Positions 1-6,714 of a stretch of DNA of 32,211 nucleotides are shown here, one piece after another (position 1 is the stretch's first letter; each line of letters starts with the position of its first letter). Under the pieces are notes generated by a model, which made no database searches, was not told the origin of the DNA, and was given only the letters and a program-made list of their open reading frames with translations. The stretch is from the IMG/VR virus record IMGVR_UViG_3300045988_170007; one strand, given 5' to 3'. The position numbers were made by a program, and so were the translations under genes. The DNA is from a virus.

Positions 1-44
1 AAAAACGACATAGCCCCTATGACACAACAGCACACCCCCTATGA
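1..44. repeat. terminal overlap copy 1 (identical to 32168-32211)
   Basis: Exact 44-nt identity read by eye. The reading frame is continuous across it. Confidence 0.9.
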
Positions 45-537
45 CAAAAACGACACACTAACAATAGAAGAGAACCATAGAAGAGAACCAAGGGAAGATA
101 ACACTCATGCTCAGCTCTTCGAGCTGACCGAGACAGAGCCAACCCCCAAGCCTGCAAAAGCCAAAAAGCGGGCGCTCGGCGAATACGGCGAAGCTTTCGA
201 GGCCTTCTGGAAAATCTACCCCTCCAACCGAGGCAAAGCCGCAGCGTTCAAAGCCTGGGGTAAGGCGAAGAAACGCGGCGCTACGGAAGAGCAGCTCAAG
301 ACGGCCGCAGCAGCCTATGCCGGGTACGTCGCCCGCCTCAACCGCGCGGAAGAGCACATCAAGCACGCATCCTCCTGGCTCAACCAAGACGAATGGCTCG
401 ACGAACCCGACTCCTACAAAATCAAACCCGCCGCAGGCAGCTTCGCCCGCCGAGCCGCCGGCACCGTCAACGCCCTCAACCCCAACACCCCACCCCCAAC
501 CCAGATACCCGCCACCAACTACTACGCCCTCACCTAA
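1..537 (+). CDS. C-terminal part of the replication initiator/organizer-like protein. It continues the ORF that starts at 31817 across the circular junction.
   Basis: Position 1 is in frame with the 31817 ORF once the 44-nt overlap is removed. The C-terminal motif FEAFWKIYPSNRGKAAAFKAWGKA...SSWLNQDEWLD is typical of phage replication-protein C-termini. Stop at 535-537. Confidence 0.7.
   Translation, partial: KNDIAPMTQQHTPYDKNDTLTIEENHRREPREDNTHAQLFELTETEPTPKPAKAKKRALGEYGEAFEAFWKIYPSNRGKAAAFKAWGKAKKRGATEEQLKTAAAAYAGYVARLNRAEEHIKHASSWLNQDEWLDEPDSYKIKPAAGSFARRAAGTVNALNPNTPPPTQIPATNYYALT
64..89. repeat. perfect 13-nt tandem repeat ATAGAAGAGAACC x2
   Basis: Copies at 64-76 and 77-89. A-rich segment directly after the iterons. 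Confidence 0.8.
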
Positions 538-550
538 AGGAGCACCAACC

Positions 551-1051
551 GTGACACTCGACGAATTCCGACAATTCTGGCTACTCCTCATCGCCACCGA
601 TACCCGCATCGAGTCACTCGACCCCATGCAGGAAGCCGCCGCCGGCATCTTCGTCGGAGAAATCCCCGCAGACCGAAGCACCGACCTCATCAAAGAGCTC
701 TACGCCGAACGCCTCTACGGATCCCCCCAAATCCCCGACATCGCCAAAGCCTGGGAACGCCTCAAGGAAAAGGACGCCGCGCTCGCCCACAAGAAGCGCA
801 CCCTCACCCGCCTCATGGCACTCATCAACGAGGAAAAAGAAGACGTCTACAGCGAGACTGACTGGGTAAACATCACCGCCCTCATCAACCGCTACAACCG
901 ACTCCTCGGAAGCCTCGAGCCCCAACACCGAGGAACCGCCCAGCCCCTACCCCCATACCCCCGCCCGCAGCTGAAGGCACTCACCAACGCCAACGCCGCA
1001 AACGTCCAAGCAATCGCAAACACCATCGGAAAGGACCTCACCCATGTCTAA
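551..1051 (+). CDS. hypothetical early protein
   Basis: GTG start 8 nt after AAGGAG (537-542). The upstream part of the 317..1051 ORF-track entry is an artefact of the stop-poor composition. ATGTCTAA overlap with the next gene. Confidence 0.55.
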   Translation: MTLDEFRQFWLLLIATDTRIESLDPMQEAAAGIFVGEIPADRSTDLIKELYAERLYGSPQIPDIAKAWERLKEKDAALAHKKRTLTRLMALINEEKEDVYSETDWVNITALINRYNRLLGSLEPQHRGTAQPLPPYPRPQLKALTNANAANVQAIANTIGKDLTHV

Positions 1052-1415
1052 CGAACTGACCATCGTCGGCAACGTCGGCGAAACCATCGAACTGCACAAC
1101 CTTCCCGGCGGCGGCACCGTCTGCAACTTCTCCGTCGCAGACAACCGCGTCCGCAAAGAACAGGACGGCACCTACAAGACCATCAGCACCACCTGGCGCC
1201 GAGTCGCCGCCTACAAGAACGCCGAAGCTGTAGCCGAAAACCTCACCAAGGGAGCACGAGTCATCATCCGAGGAATCGAAGAAATGCGAACCTACACCCG
1301 CACCCCAGGCACCGGCGGCACAGCCCGCCCCGCGCTCGCCGCAGGGATACCAGCAAGCACCGGCATACCCCACCCCGTACACCACCGACCAGCCCCCGTT
1401 CTAAACACCCACTAA
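1044..1415 (+). CDS. ssb: single-stranded DNA-binding (OB-fold) protein, apparently truncated or frameshifted
   Basis: The N-terminus MSNELTIVGNVG...NFSVA...WRRVAAYKNAEAVAENLTKGARVIIRG matches the SSB OB-fold pattern. The canonical acidic tail (DQPPF, stop 1402-1404) lies in the +1 frame (see findings). Confidence 0.6.
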   Translation: MSNELTIVGNVGETIELHNLPGGGTVCNFSVADNRVRKEQDGTYKTISTTWRRVAAYKNAEAVAENLTKGARVIIRGIEEMRTYTRTPGTGGTARPALAAGIPASTGIPHPVHHRPAPVLNTH

Positions 1416-1430
1416 GGAGAAACACCATGA
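1405..1430 (+). repeat. 26-nt gene-junction cassette ACACCCACTAAGGAGAAACACCATGA (copy 1)
   Basis: Identical to 2218-2243. Contains a stop, an SD and a start. Confidence 0.85.
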
Positions 1431-1777
1431 CCACCACCGACCAGCCCACCAGCTACAACGACCTCAAGCGCCTCGCAGGAGAAGCCCTCGCCCAGGCCGT
1501 CACCGAAGCCAAGAGCGCCCCCACCCTCAACCAGCGGCTCACCACCCTCGAAACCGCCTACGATGCCTCGACCGAAGCCACCGCAGGCCGACTCAAGGAA
1601 CACACCGAAGAACTCAAGACGCATACCGAAACGCTCAAGGAAGCAAACCGCCGCGCCAACTGGCAAGACCAACGCATCGCCGACCTCAGCGACAAGCTGC
1701 GCGCCACCCAGATCTGGCTCACCTTCTCATTCGCCCTAATCATCATCCTCACCGTCATCAGCAGCTTCTTCCACTAA
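1427..1777 (+). CDS. hypothetical coiled-coil protein with a C-terminal transmembrane anchor
   Basis: AAGGAG 7 nt upstream. Heptad-like central region. Hydrophobic tail IWLTFSFALIIILTVISSFF. Confidence 0.6.
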   Translation: MTTTDQPTSYNDLKRLAGEALAQAVTEAKSAPTLNQRLTTLETAYDASTEATAGRLKEHTEELKTHTETLKEANRRANWQDQRIADLSDKLRATQIWLTFSFALIIILTVISSFFH

Positions 1778-1787
1778 GGACAAACCA

Positions 1788-2228
1788 ATGACCGAACACC
1801 AAGAGCCACTAACCTTCTTCGTCGGAGGAACCCCAATCCCCCAAGGCTCCAAAACAGCAATCAGACACGGCACCCGCGCTCGCCTCATCGAAGCCAACAA
1901 GAGACTCAAACCCTGGCGCAACACCCTGCAAACCGCGCTCACCGCCCAAGCTGCAGGCCGCCGCATCGAAGGCCCCTTCACTATCCACCTCAGCTTCCTG
2001 TTCACCCCACCTCAACGACCCCGATACCGAGACCCCAACGGCAAAGGTATCCACGCCGTCAAACCCGACGTCGACAAACTCACACGAGCCGTACTCGACT
2101 CCCTCACCGCCGCCGACATCATCGACGACGACGCACGATGCACCCACCTCATCGCCACCAAAAACTACACCGCCAAGGGCCACCCCACCCCCGGCGTGTA
2201 CATCATCATCGAGCCCGACACCCACTAA
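1788..2228 (+). CDS. rusA: RusA-family Holliday junction resolvase
   Basis: GGTPIPQGSK near the N-terminus and KPDVDKLTRAVLDSLTAADIIDDDARC match the RusA catalytic Asp cluster. Confidence 0.8.
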   Translation: MTEHQEPLTFFVGGTPIPQGSKTAIRHGTRARLIEANKRLKPWRNTLQTALTAQAAGRRIEGPFTIHLSFLFTPPQRPRYRDPNGKGIHAVKPDVDKLTRAVLDSLTAADIIDDDARCTHLIATKNYTAKGHPTPGVYIIIEPDTH

Positions 2229-2243
2229 GGAGAAACACCATGA
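2218..2243 (+). repeat. 26-nt gene-junction cassette (copy 2)
   Basis: Identical to 1405-1430. Confidence 0.85.
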
Positions 2244-2899
2244 ACACCAGCACCTACCTCCCCGGCACCACCTCCCGCAACGGCTACACCGTCCGCTTCG
2301 CTGTCCAGCACGACGCACTCCACAACCCCGTCCGCGTCTGGTGGTGCATCCTCGACATCGCCCGCGCCGCCGGCTACAAGGGCAACTCCCTCCAATCCCA
2401 AATCCCCGACAACAACCGAATCGAATACACAGCAGACGGCAAAAACAAACTCCTCTACGCCCCCACCAACGCACTAACCCGCCGTCTCAAGTACGCACGC
2501 CTCAAGCACAACAAACCCGCACGCCTCAACACCGCCGCCTGGATCAACCTACACGAACACGAACTCCTCGCCGGCCCCGTCCCCACCACCTACAAGCCCC
2601 GCCCCGCAGACACAGCCGGCGGCCCTGCGCTCGCCGCTTCTGCAAACACCGTCCCCGGCATCGACGACCTCCTCACTCACCACCCCCACAACACCCCCAC
2701 CCGAAAGGACATCAACACCAACCTCGCAGACCAAGCCCGCTACGTCACCTCACACGTACACACCCTCTGCGAAGGCATCATCGCAAACCCCGCAGCCGAC
2801 GAAAACACCGTCAAACACGCACTCGACCTCGAACGCCTCGCACGATACCTCGAATGGAAAACCGAAACCCTCACCAAGGAAGGCGCCGAACAATGCTAG
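2240..2899 (+). CDS. hypothetical protein, possible Bro-N-like DNA-binding N-terminus
   Basis: ATG preceded by the AAGGAGAAACACC junction. The N-terminus VRVWWCILDIARAAGYKGNS resembles the BRO-N core. The rest is unassigned. Confidence 0.4.
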   Translation: MNTSTYLPGTTSRNGYTVRFAVQHDALHNPVRVWWCILDIARAAGYKGNSLQSQIPDNNRIEYTADGKNKLLYAPTNALTRRLKYARLKHNKPARLNTAAWINLHEHELLAGPVPTTYKPRPADTAGGPALAASANTVPGIDDLLTHHPHNTPTRKDINTNLADQARYVTSHVHTLCEGIIANPAADENTVKHALDLERLARYLEWKTETLTKEGAEQC

Positions 2900-3126
2900 A
2901 ACGCCTCGCCATCTACACCAACACCGCACCCGACCACCCCATCATGTGCGCCACCATCGACTACGACCCCAACACCCCAGGAGACCGCCGCCACGAAATC
3001 GAACGCCTCTTCCACTCCCTCCTCCCCACCAACTGGGCACACTACAACCTCCAATACAAAGCCAGCCAGCTAACCACCCCCAACCCCACCCTCCCCAACT
3101 ACACCTACAAAACCATCAAAAACTAA
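2893..3126 (+). CDS. hypothetical small early protein
   Basis: ATG at 2893 overlaps the preceding stop (ATGCTAG). The upstream part of ORF 2341..3126 is rejected as an artefact. Confidence 0.4.
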   Translation: MLERLAIYTNTAPDHPIMCATIDYDPNTPGDRRHEIERLFHSLLPTNWAHYNLQYKASQLTTPNPTLPNYTYKTIKN

Positions 3127-3141
3127 CACCCCACACACCAC

Positions 3142-3170
3142 GGCGCGGCGGCCACACCAGCCGCCGCGCC
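3142..3170 (+). promoter_or_regulatory. perfect 11-bp GC hairpin GGCGCGGCGGC-N7-GCCGCCGCGCC without a U tract
   Basis: Intergenic, 27 nt upstream of the 3197 start. Confidence 0.5.
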
Positions 3171-3196
3171 ACCCAACAACCGCACAGGAGCACCCC

Positions 3197-3799
3197 ATGC
3201 ACCCCACCCCAACACTCGAAAGCATGATCACCGCCCTCTGCGACGGCTCTCCCCGCATCCGCAAACTCGACGACGGCACCCCCACCGTCATCCAAGAAAT
3301 GCCACTCCTCGACCAACTCCGCATCGCAGTCACCGACAGGAACGGAACAGGCCGCAGCGGCAAAAACAAAAACACCGGCGCAATCTGCAACCTCGACGCA
3401 ATCGAACTCGAACACGACATCCGCAACCGAACCACCCCACACACCACCACCCCCAACCCAACCCTCAAGCAGGCCGTCCGAGAATGGGCAACCAACGAAA
3501 ACCGAACCGTCGCAACCATCTACGCCGCAGACTGGACACGACGCATCCGAACGCTCAACCACACCACCGTCCACCTCCACAGCACACCCTGCCCCCGCTG
3601 TAAGAAAGCAACCTACACTCGACAACTCGACGACGGCACCACAAAAGTGGACGACGCGCTCGCTATCATCGTTCGCCCAGAGGAACAGCCCTCAACCCGA
3701 GTCATGACATGCTGCGGAGCCTGCGGCTGGGCCGAGATCGGGTATGAAGCAATCAAGCGCCTCGCCCACTTGCAAGCTGCGGAAATTTTCGTAAAATAA
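3197..3799 (+). CDS. hypothetical Zn-ribbon protein; candidate late-gene regulator by position only
   Basis: GGAG 6 nt upstream. C-terminal CPRC...CCGACGW cysteine pairs. It is the last gene before the promoter/terminator cassette and the packaging genes. Confidence 0.5.
   Translation: MHPTPTLESMITALCDGSPRIRKLDDGTPTVIQEMPLLDQLRIAVTDRNGTGRSGKNKNTGAICNLDAIELEHDIRNRTTPHTTTPNPTLKQAVREWATNENRTVATIYAADWTRRIRTLNHTTVHLHSTPCPRCKKATYTRQLDDGTTKVDDALAIIVRPEEQPSTRVMTCCGACGWAEIGYEAIKRLAHLQAAEIFVK
3770..3797 (+). promoter_or_regulatory. candidate promoter TTGCAA-N16-TAAAAT
   Basis: Near-consensus hexamers at the 3' end of the 3197..3799 gene. Confidence 0.4.
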
Positions 3800-3807
3800 A
3801 AGTTATC

Positions 3808-3823
3808 GGGCACAGCTGTGCCC
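3808..3823. promoter_or_regulatory. perfect 16-nt palindrome GGGCACAGCTGTGCCC
   Basis: Lies between the candidate promoter and the terminator. Confidence 0.6.
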
Positions 3824-3825
3824 AA

Positions 3826-3862
3826 AGCCCCCCGGTAACCGTCAGGTGCCGGGGGCTTTTTT
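3826..3862 (+). terminator. intrinsic terminator
   Basis: GCCCCCCGG...CCGGGGGC stem followed by TTTTTT. Confidence 0.75.
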
Positions 3863-3880
3863 ATTCCCAAAGAGGTGAAA

Positions 3881-4048
3881 ATGCAGATACTAATCGCCTT
3901 TTTTGCCGCCATAATCGGCACAAACCTGACAGTTACCGCTTCCGAGCTGACACTTAGAGCAACAGCGTCACGAATTTTCACCACAATTCTTGGGGTCACG
4001 ATGAGTTCAGCCACAGCCCTTATAACGCTATGCCTTGTCACGATTTAG
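3881..4048 (+). CDS. 55-aa hydrophobic micro-protein (two predicted TM segments)
   Basis: Below the ORF-track size cutoff. GAGGTG RBS 5 nt upstream. Sequence MQILIAFFAAIIGTNLTV...IFTTILGVTMSSATALITLCLVTI. Lies in the low-GC island. Confidence 0.4.
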   Translation: MQILIAFFAAIIGTNLTVTASELTLRATASRIFTTILGVTMSSATALITLCLVTI

Positions 4049-4057
4049 AGGAGGGCA

Positions 4058-4225
4058 ATGCACGCACGACGCATCACGGAAGAAGAACGTGAGAAGGTGC
4101 TGGCACTGATTTCAGATTATTACCCAGATGCCAGCGAAATAATCTTTGAGCAACAGATTTTTGACGACAAACAAGTCGTTATTGTCGTGACAGTAACCTC
4201 ATCTGCACCCCGCCCCGTTATCTAG
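4058..4225 (+). CDS. 55-aa acidic micro-protein
   Basis: Below the ORF-track cutoff. GAGGAGGG RBS. Sequence MHARRITEEEREKVLALISDYYPDASEIIFEQQIFDDKQVVIVVTVTSSAPRPVI. Confidence 0.4.
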   Translation: MHARRITEEEREKVLALISDYYPDASEIIFEQQIFDDKQVVIVVTVTSSAPRPVI

Positions 4226-4235
4226 GGAGGACACC

Positions 4236-4319
4236 ATGTGCCGCAGAGACTTCACCGACGAAGAAGCCGAGAAAATCTTCAAGATCGGAAGCAGGTGCGA
4301 CTGTGACCAAATACAGTGA
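4236..4319 (+). CDS. 27-aa micro-ORF overlapping the HNH start
   Basis: GGGAGG RBS 6 nt upstream of the ATG. Sequence MCRRDFTDEEAEKIFKIGSRCDCDQIQ. Very short, so weak. Confidence 0.2.
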   Translation: MCRRDFTDEEAEKIFKIGSRCDCDQIQ

Positions 4320-4584
4320 CCGCAGCTACCGTGCCAAAGCCGCAGCGCTGCGCAAGGCGACCAGCGACCAAGGCTGGCCCTGCCACCTCTGCGGCAAACC
4401 AATCGACATGAGCCTGCCCCCCACACACCCGCTCGCTTTCACCGCCGACCACCTCGACGCACTAGCCAACGGCGGCGACCTGCTCGGCGACTTGGCACCG
4501 GCACACCGACGATGCAACAGTAGGCGCGGACGCAAACGACTCGCGCACCAAGTGCGGGCACCAAAGACCACGCAAGCATGGTGA
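4303..4584 (+). CDS. HNH endonuclease (packaging-associated type)
   Basis: CHLCGKPID...ADHLDALANGG...APAHRRCNSRRG gives the HNH Cys/His/Asn pattern. GTG start. Sits immediately upstream of the terminase genes. Confidence 0.8.
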   Translation: MTKYSDRSYRAKAAALRKATSDQGWPCHLCGKPIDMSLPPTHPLAFTADHLDALANGGDLLGDLAPAHRRCNSRRGRKRLAHQVRAPKTTQAW

Positions 4585-4759
4585 GTGGTCCAAAAAGTTT
4601 TTATTCGACGACGAAACGGAATTGGTTTTCAGATGGTAACGAAATGGGAAACGTACCCCCGGGGGTTACCCCCTATGGGGTCAAGTTTCCCCCTTCGGTC
4701 ATAGTGACATCCCCCCGTGGGCTCTGAAACCCAAAATTTCCCGTTGAGAGGGGGGTCCT
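4585..4759. other. putative cos/packaging recognition region
   Basis: Noncoding gap between HNH and TerS. Contains the palindrome ACCCCCGGGGGT (4655-4666), the GGGAAAC/GTTTCCC inverted repeat and several C/G homopolymer runs. Confidence 0.4.
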
Positions 4760-5248
4760 GTGGCTGAGAAGAAAAGCCGCAGCCTGGCTCCCTGCGGGAC
4801 TACGGCGGCGGCGAAGCGTCACCGGCGGCGTGGTGAGGCTCCTTGCCCGGAATGTCGGGCGGCGGAGCGTGCCGCGTCGAAGGCGGCGCGTGACCGCAAG
4901 GCTGCGGAGCGGCCGCCGGAACCCATGAATGGTGCGCCTGTTGTCCAAGCCGTTGGACACAGTGATGTGGTCGTCATTGAGCAGGTCGGAGCTTATGGGG
5001 CTGTCCGAGAGGTGCCGGTGCCGACGCATGAGGATCCTCTTGAGTCCGCGCGTTGGCGTCTTCACCGAACCCGTGCCGCGCTCATGGTTGCTGCGCCGCG
5101 TGATATTGCGGGGCTCATGGCTGCTGAACGTGATGACATTGCTGAAATTGCCCGGTTGAAGGAGACGGTACAGCCGAAGGTGAGCAAGCTGGATGAGCTG
5201 GCGGCTCGTAGGAAGCGCCGCATCGAAGAGGCGCAGGCCGCCGGGTAG
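4760..5248 (+). CDS. terS: terminase small subunit
   Basis: GTG after GAGAGGGGGG. N-terminal CGTTAAAKRHRRRGEAPCPECRAA motif and C-terminal coiled coil. Sits directly upstream of TerL. Confidence 0.65.
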   Translation: MAEKKSRSLAPCGTTAAAKRHRRRGEAPCPECRAAERAASKAARDRKAAERPPEPMNGAPVVQAVGHSDVVVIEQVGAYGAVREVPVPTHEDPLESARWRLHRTRAALMVAAPRDIAGLMAAERDDIAEIARLKETVQPKVSKLDELAARRKRRIEEAQAAG

Positions 5249-5262
5249 GGAGGTGAGGCTCT

Positions 5263-6714
5263 GTGGCTGAGACAGCTCAGCTGATGGGGTCTCAGACTCC
5301 ACGCATCGACGTGACCCCGCTATATTTCACCTCAGCAGGTGATGACGCAGTCGACTTGGCGGCTGTTGCGGGCCTGCATTTGGACCCTTGGCAGCAGCAT
5401 GTGCTCCGTGGTGCGCTCACCGAGCATGTTGATGGGCGCTGGAAGGCGTTCGAGGTCGGTCTTATTGTTCCTCGACAGAACGGTAAGGGGTCCATCCTTG
5501 AAGCTCGTGAGCTTGCTGGCATGTTTTTGTTCGGCGAGCGGCTGATTCTTCACTCGGCGCATCTGTTCGGTACGGCTGTTGAGCATCAGCAGCGTTTGGA
5601 GTCGCTGATTCGCGGGTCCGAGCTGGTCGAGTACATGGCTGGCTACGCGGGCGACCCTCAAGGGAAGATGTCAGGCATCAAAACTGGTAACAGTGGCATG
5701 TCTTTGACGACTGCGAGCGGTAACCGTGTCCTGTTTAAGGCGCGTAGCCGCGGTTCGGCGCGTGGTTTTACCGCCGACCTGGTTGTTTTTGACGAGGCTT
5801 ACGATTTGCCGCGTTCTGTGCAGGCTTCGATGCTGCCGACGCTGGCCTCGAAGAGTTTAAATGAGTCTCCGCAAATCTGGTACGCCTCATCTGCTGGCAT
5901 GCCTGACTCTGAGGTGCTGAAAAGCATCCGTGATAGGGCTTTGGCGCCTGCTGAGGAGACGAAGCTGGCGTTTTACGAATGGTCCGCGTTTGAGGATGCT
6001 GACCCGGCTGACCCGGCGAACTGGGCGCTGGCAAATCCTGCGCTTGGTCGGCGCATTTCGGCTGAGTATGTGGATTCGGAGCGCCGCGCGATGAGTGATG
6101 AGCATTTCAAGCGTGAGCGCCTCGGCATCTGGTCGAAGGTTGGCTCTTCGTCGGCGATTCCTGCTGATTTTTGGGCTCAGTGCCTTGATCCGGAGTCCCG
6201 TTCCGGTGTTGAGGTCGCGTTCGGTGTGGATGTGACGCCTCTGCGTGACGTGGCAACGATTGCCGCAGCGTCTCGCCGGGCTGACGGGAACATCCACATT
6301 GAGGTTGTTGATAGGCGTGTTGGTACGGATTGGGTGCCGGCACGTTTGGAGGAGCTGAAGCGTAAGTGGAAGCCTGTGGCGATGGTTTATACGGGTGCTT
6401 CGCAGTCGTCTGAGGTGATTGCGAAGTCTCCAAAGTTAAAGCGGATGACTATGGGCCTTGACCACCGCACTTATATGCAGTCGTGCGGCGTTTTCTTTGA
6501 GGCGTTGGGTCGTGGCTCGGTTCGGCATACCGGTCAGGAGGAGTTGGATGCGGCTGTTCAAGCTTGTCGACGTTCTAAGGGTGGCAGTGAGTTATGGTAT
6601 TGGACTCGTGATGATCGAGCTGAAGATATTTCTCCTCTGGTGGCGTGCACTTTGGCACTCCATGGGCTGACGGAGAAGGACAAGAAGGGAGGTAGCCAGT
6701 GGGCCGTGTTGTAA
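5263..6714 (+). CDS. terL: terminase large subunit
   Basis: Walker A-like PRQNGKGS and Walker B-like LVVFDEAY. Typical size (483 aa) and position. Confidence 0.9.
   Translation: MAETAQLMGSQTPRIDVTPLYFTSAGDDAVDLAAVAGLHLDPWQQHVLRGALTEHVDGRWKAFEVGLIVPRQNGKGSILEARELAGMFLFGERLILHSAHLFGTAVEHQQRLESLIRGSELVEYMAGYAGDPQGKMSGIKTGNSGMSLTTASGNRVLFKARSRGSARGFTADLVVFDEAYDLPRSVQASMLPTLASKSLNESPQIWYASSAGMPDSEVLKSIRDRALAPAEETKLAFYEWSAFEDADPADPANWALANPALGRRISAEYVDSERRAMSDEHFKRERLGIWSKVGSSSAIPADFWAQCLDPESRSGVEVAFGVDVTPLRDVATIAAASRRADGNIHIEVVDRRVGTDWVPARLEELKRKWKPVAMVYTGASQSSEVIAKSPKLKRMTMGLDHRTYMQSCGVFFEALGRGSVRHTGQEELDAAVQACRRSKGGSELWYWTRDDRAEDISPLVACTLALHGLTEKDKKGGSQWAVL

Noticed and set aside
1-44. Terminal repeat as a biological direct terminal repeat of a linear virion genome.
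   Set aside because: The repeat falls inside a coding sequence and within iterons, and an HNH/cos-type packaging module is present elsewhere. An assembly overlap of a circular molecule is the simpler reading.
58-3625. Many long ORFs on the minus strand and in alternative + frames (for example 58..693-, 1809..2474-, 2341..3126+ upstream part, 3116..3625-).
   Set aside because: They arise because the C/A-rich, G/T-poor composition removes stop codons in all frames. Their translations are low-complexity (G/V/R or P/R/H-rich). They lack RBSs and overlap well-supported + strand genes.
4236-4584. Possibility that the 4236 micro-ORF and the HNH ORF are one frameshifted gene.
   Set aside because: The HNH domain is complete from the GTG at 4303, and the micro-ORF sequence does not resemble an HNH N-terminus. 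The idea cannot be excluded without homologues.
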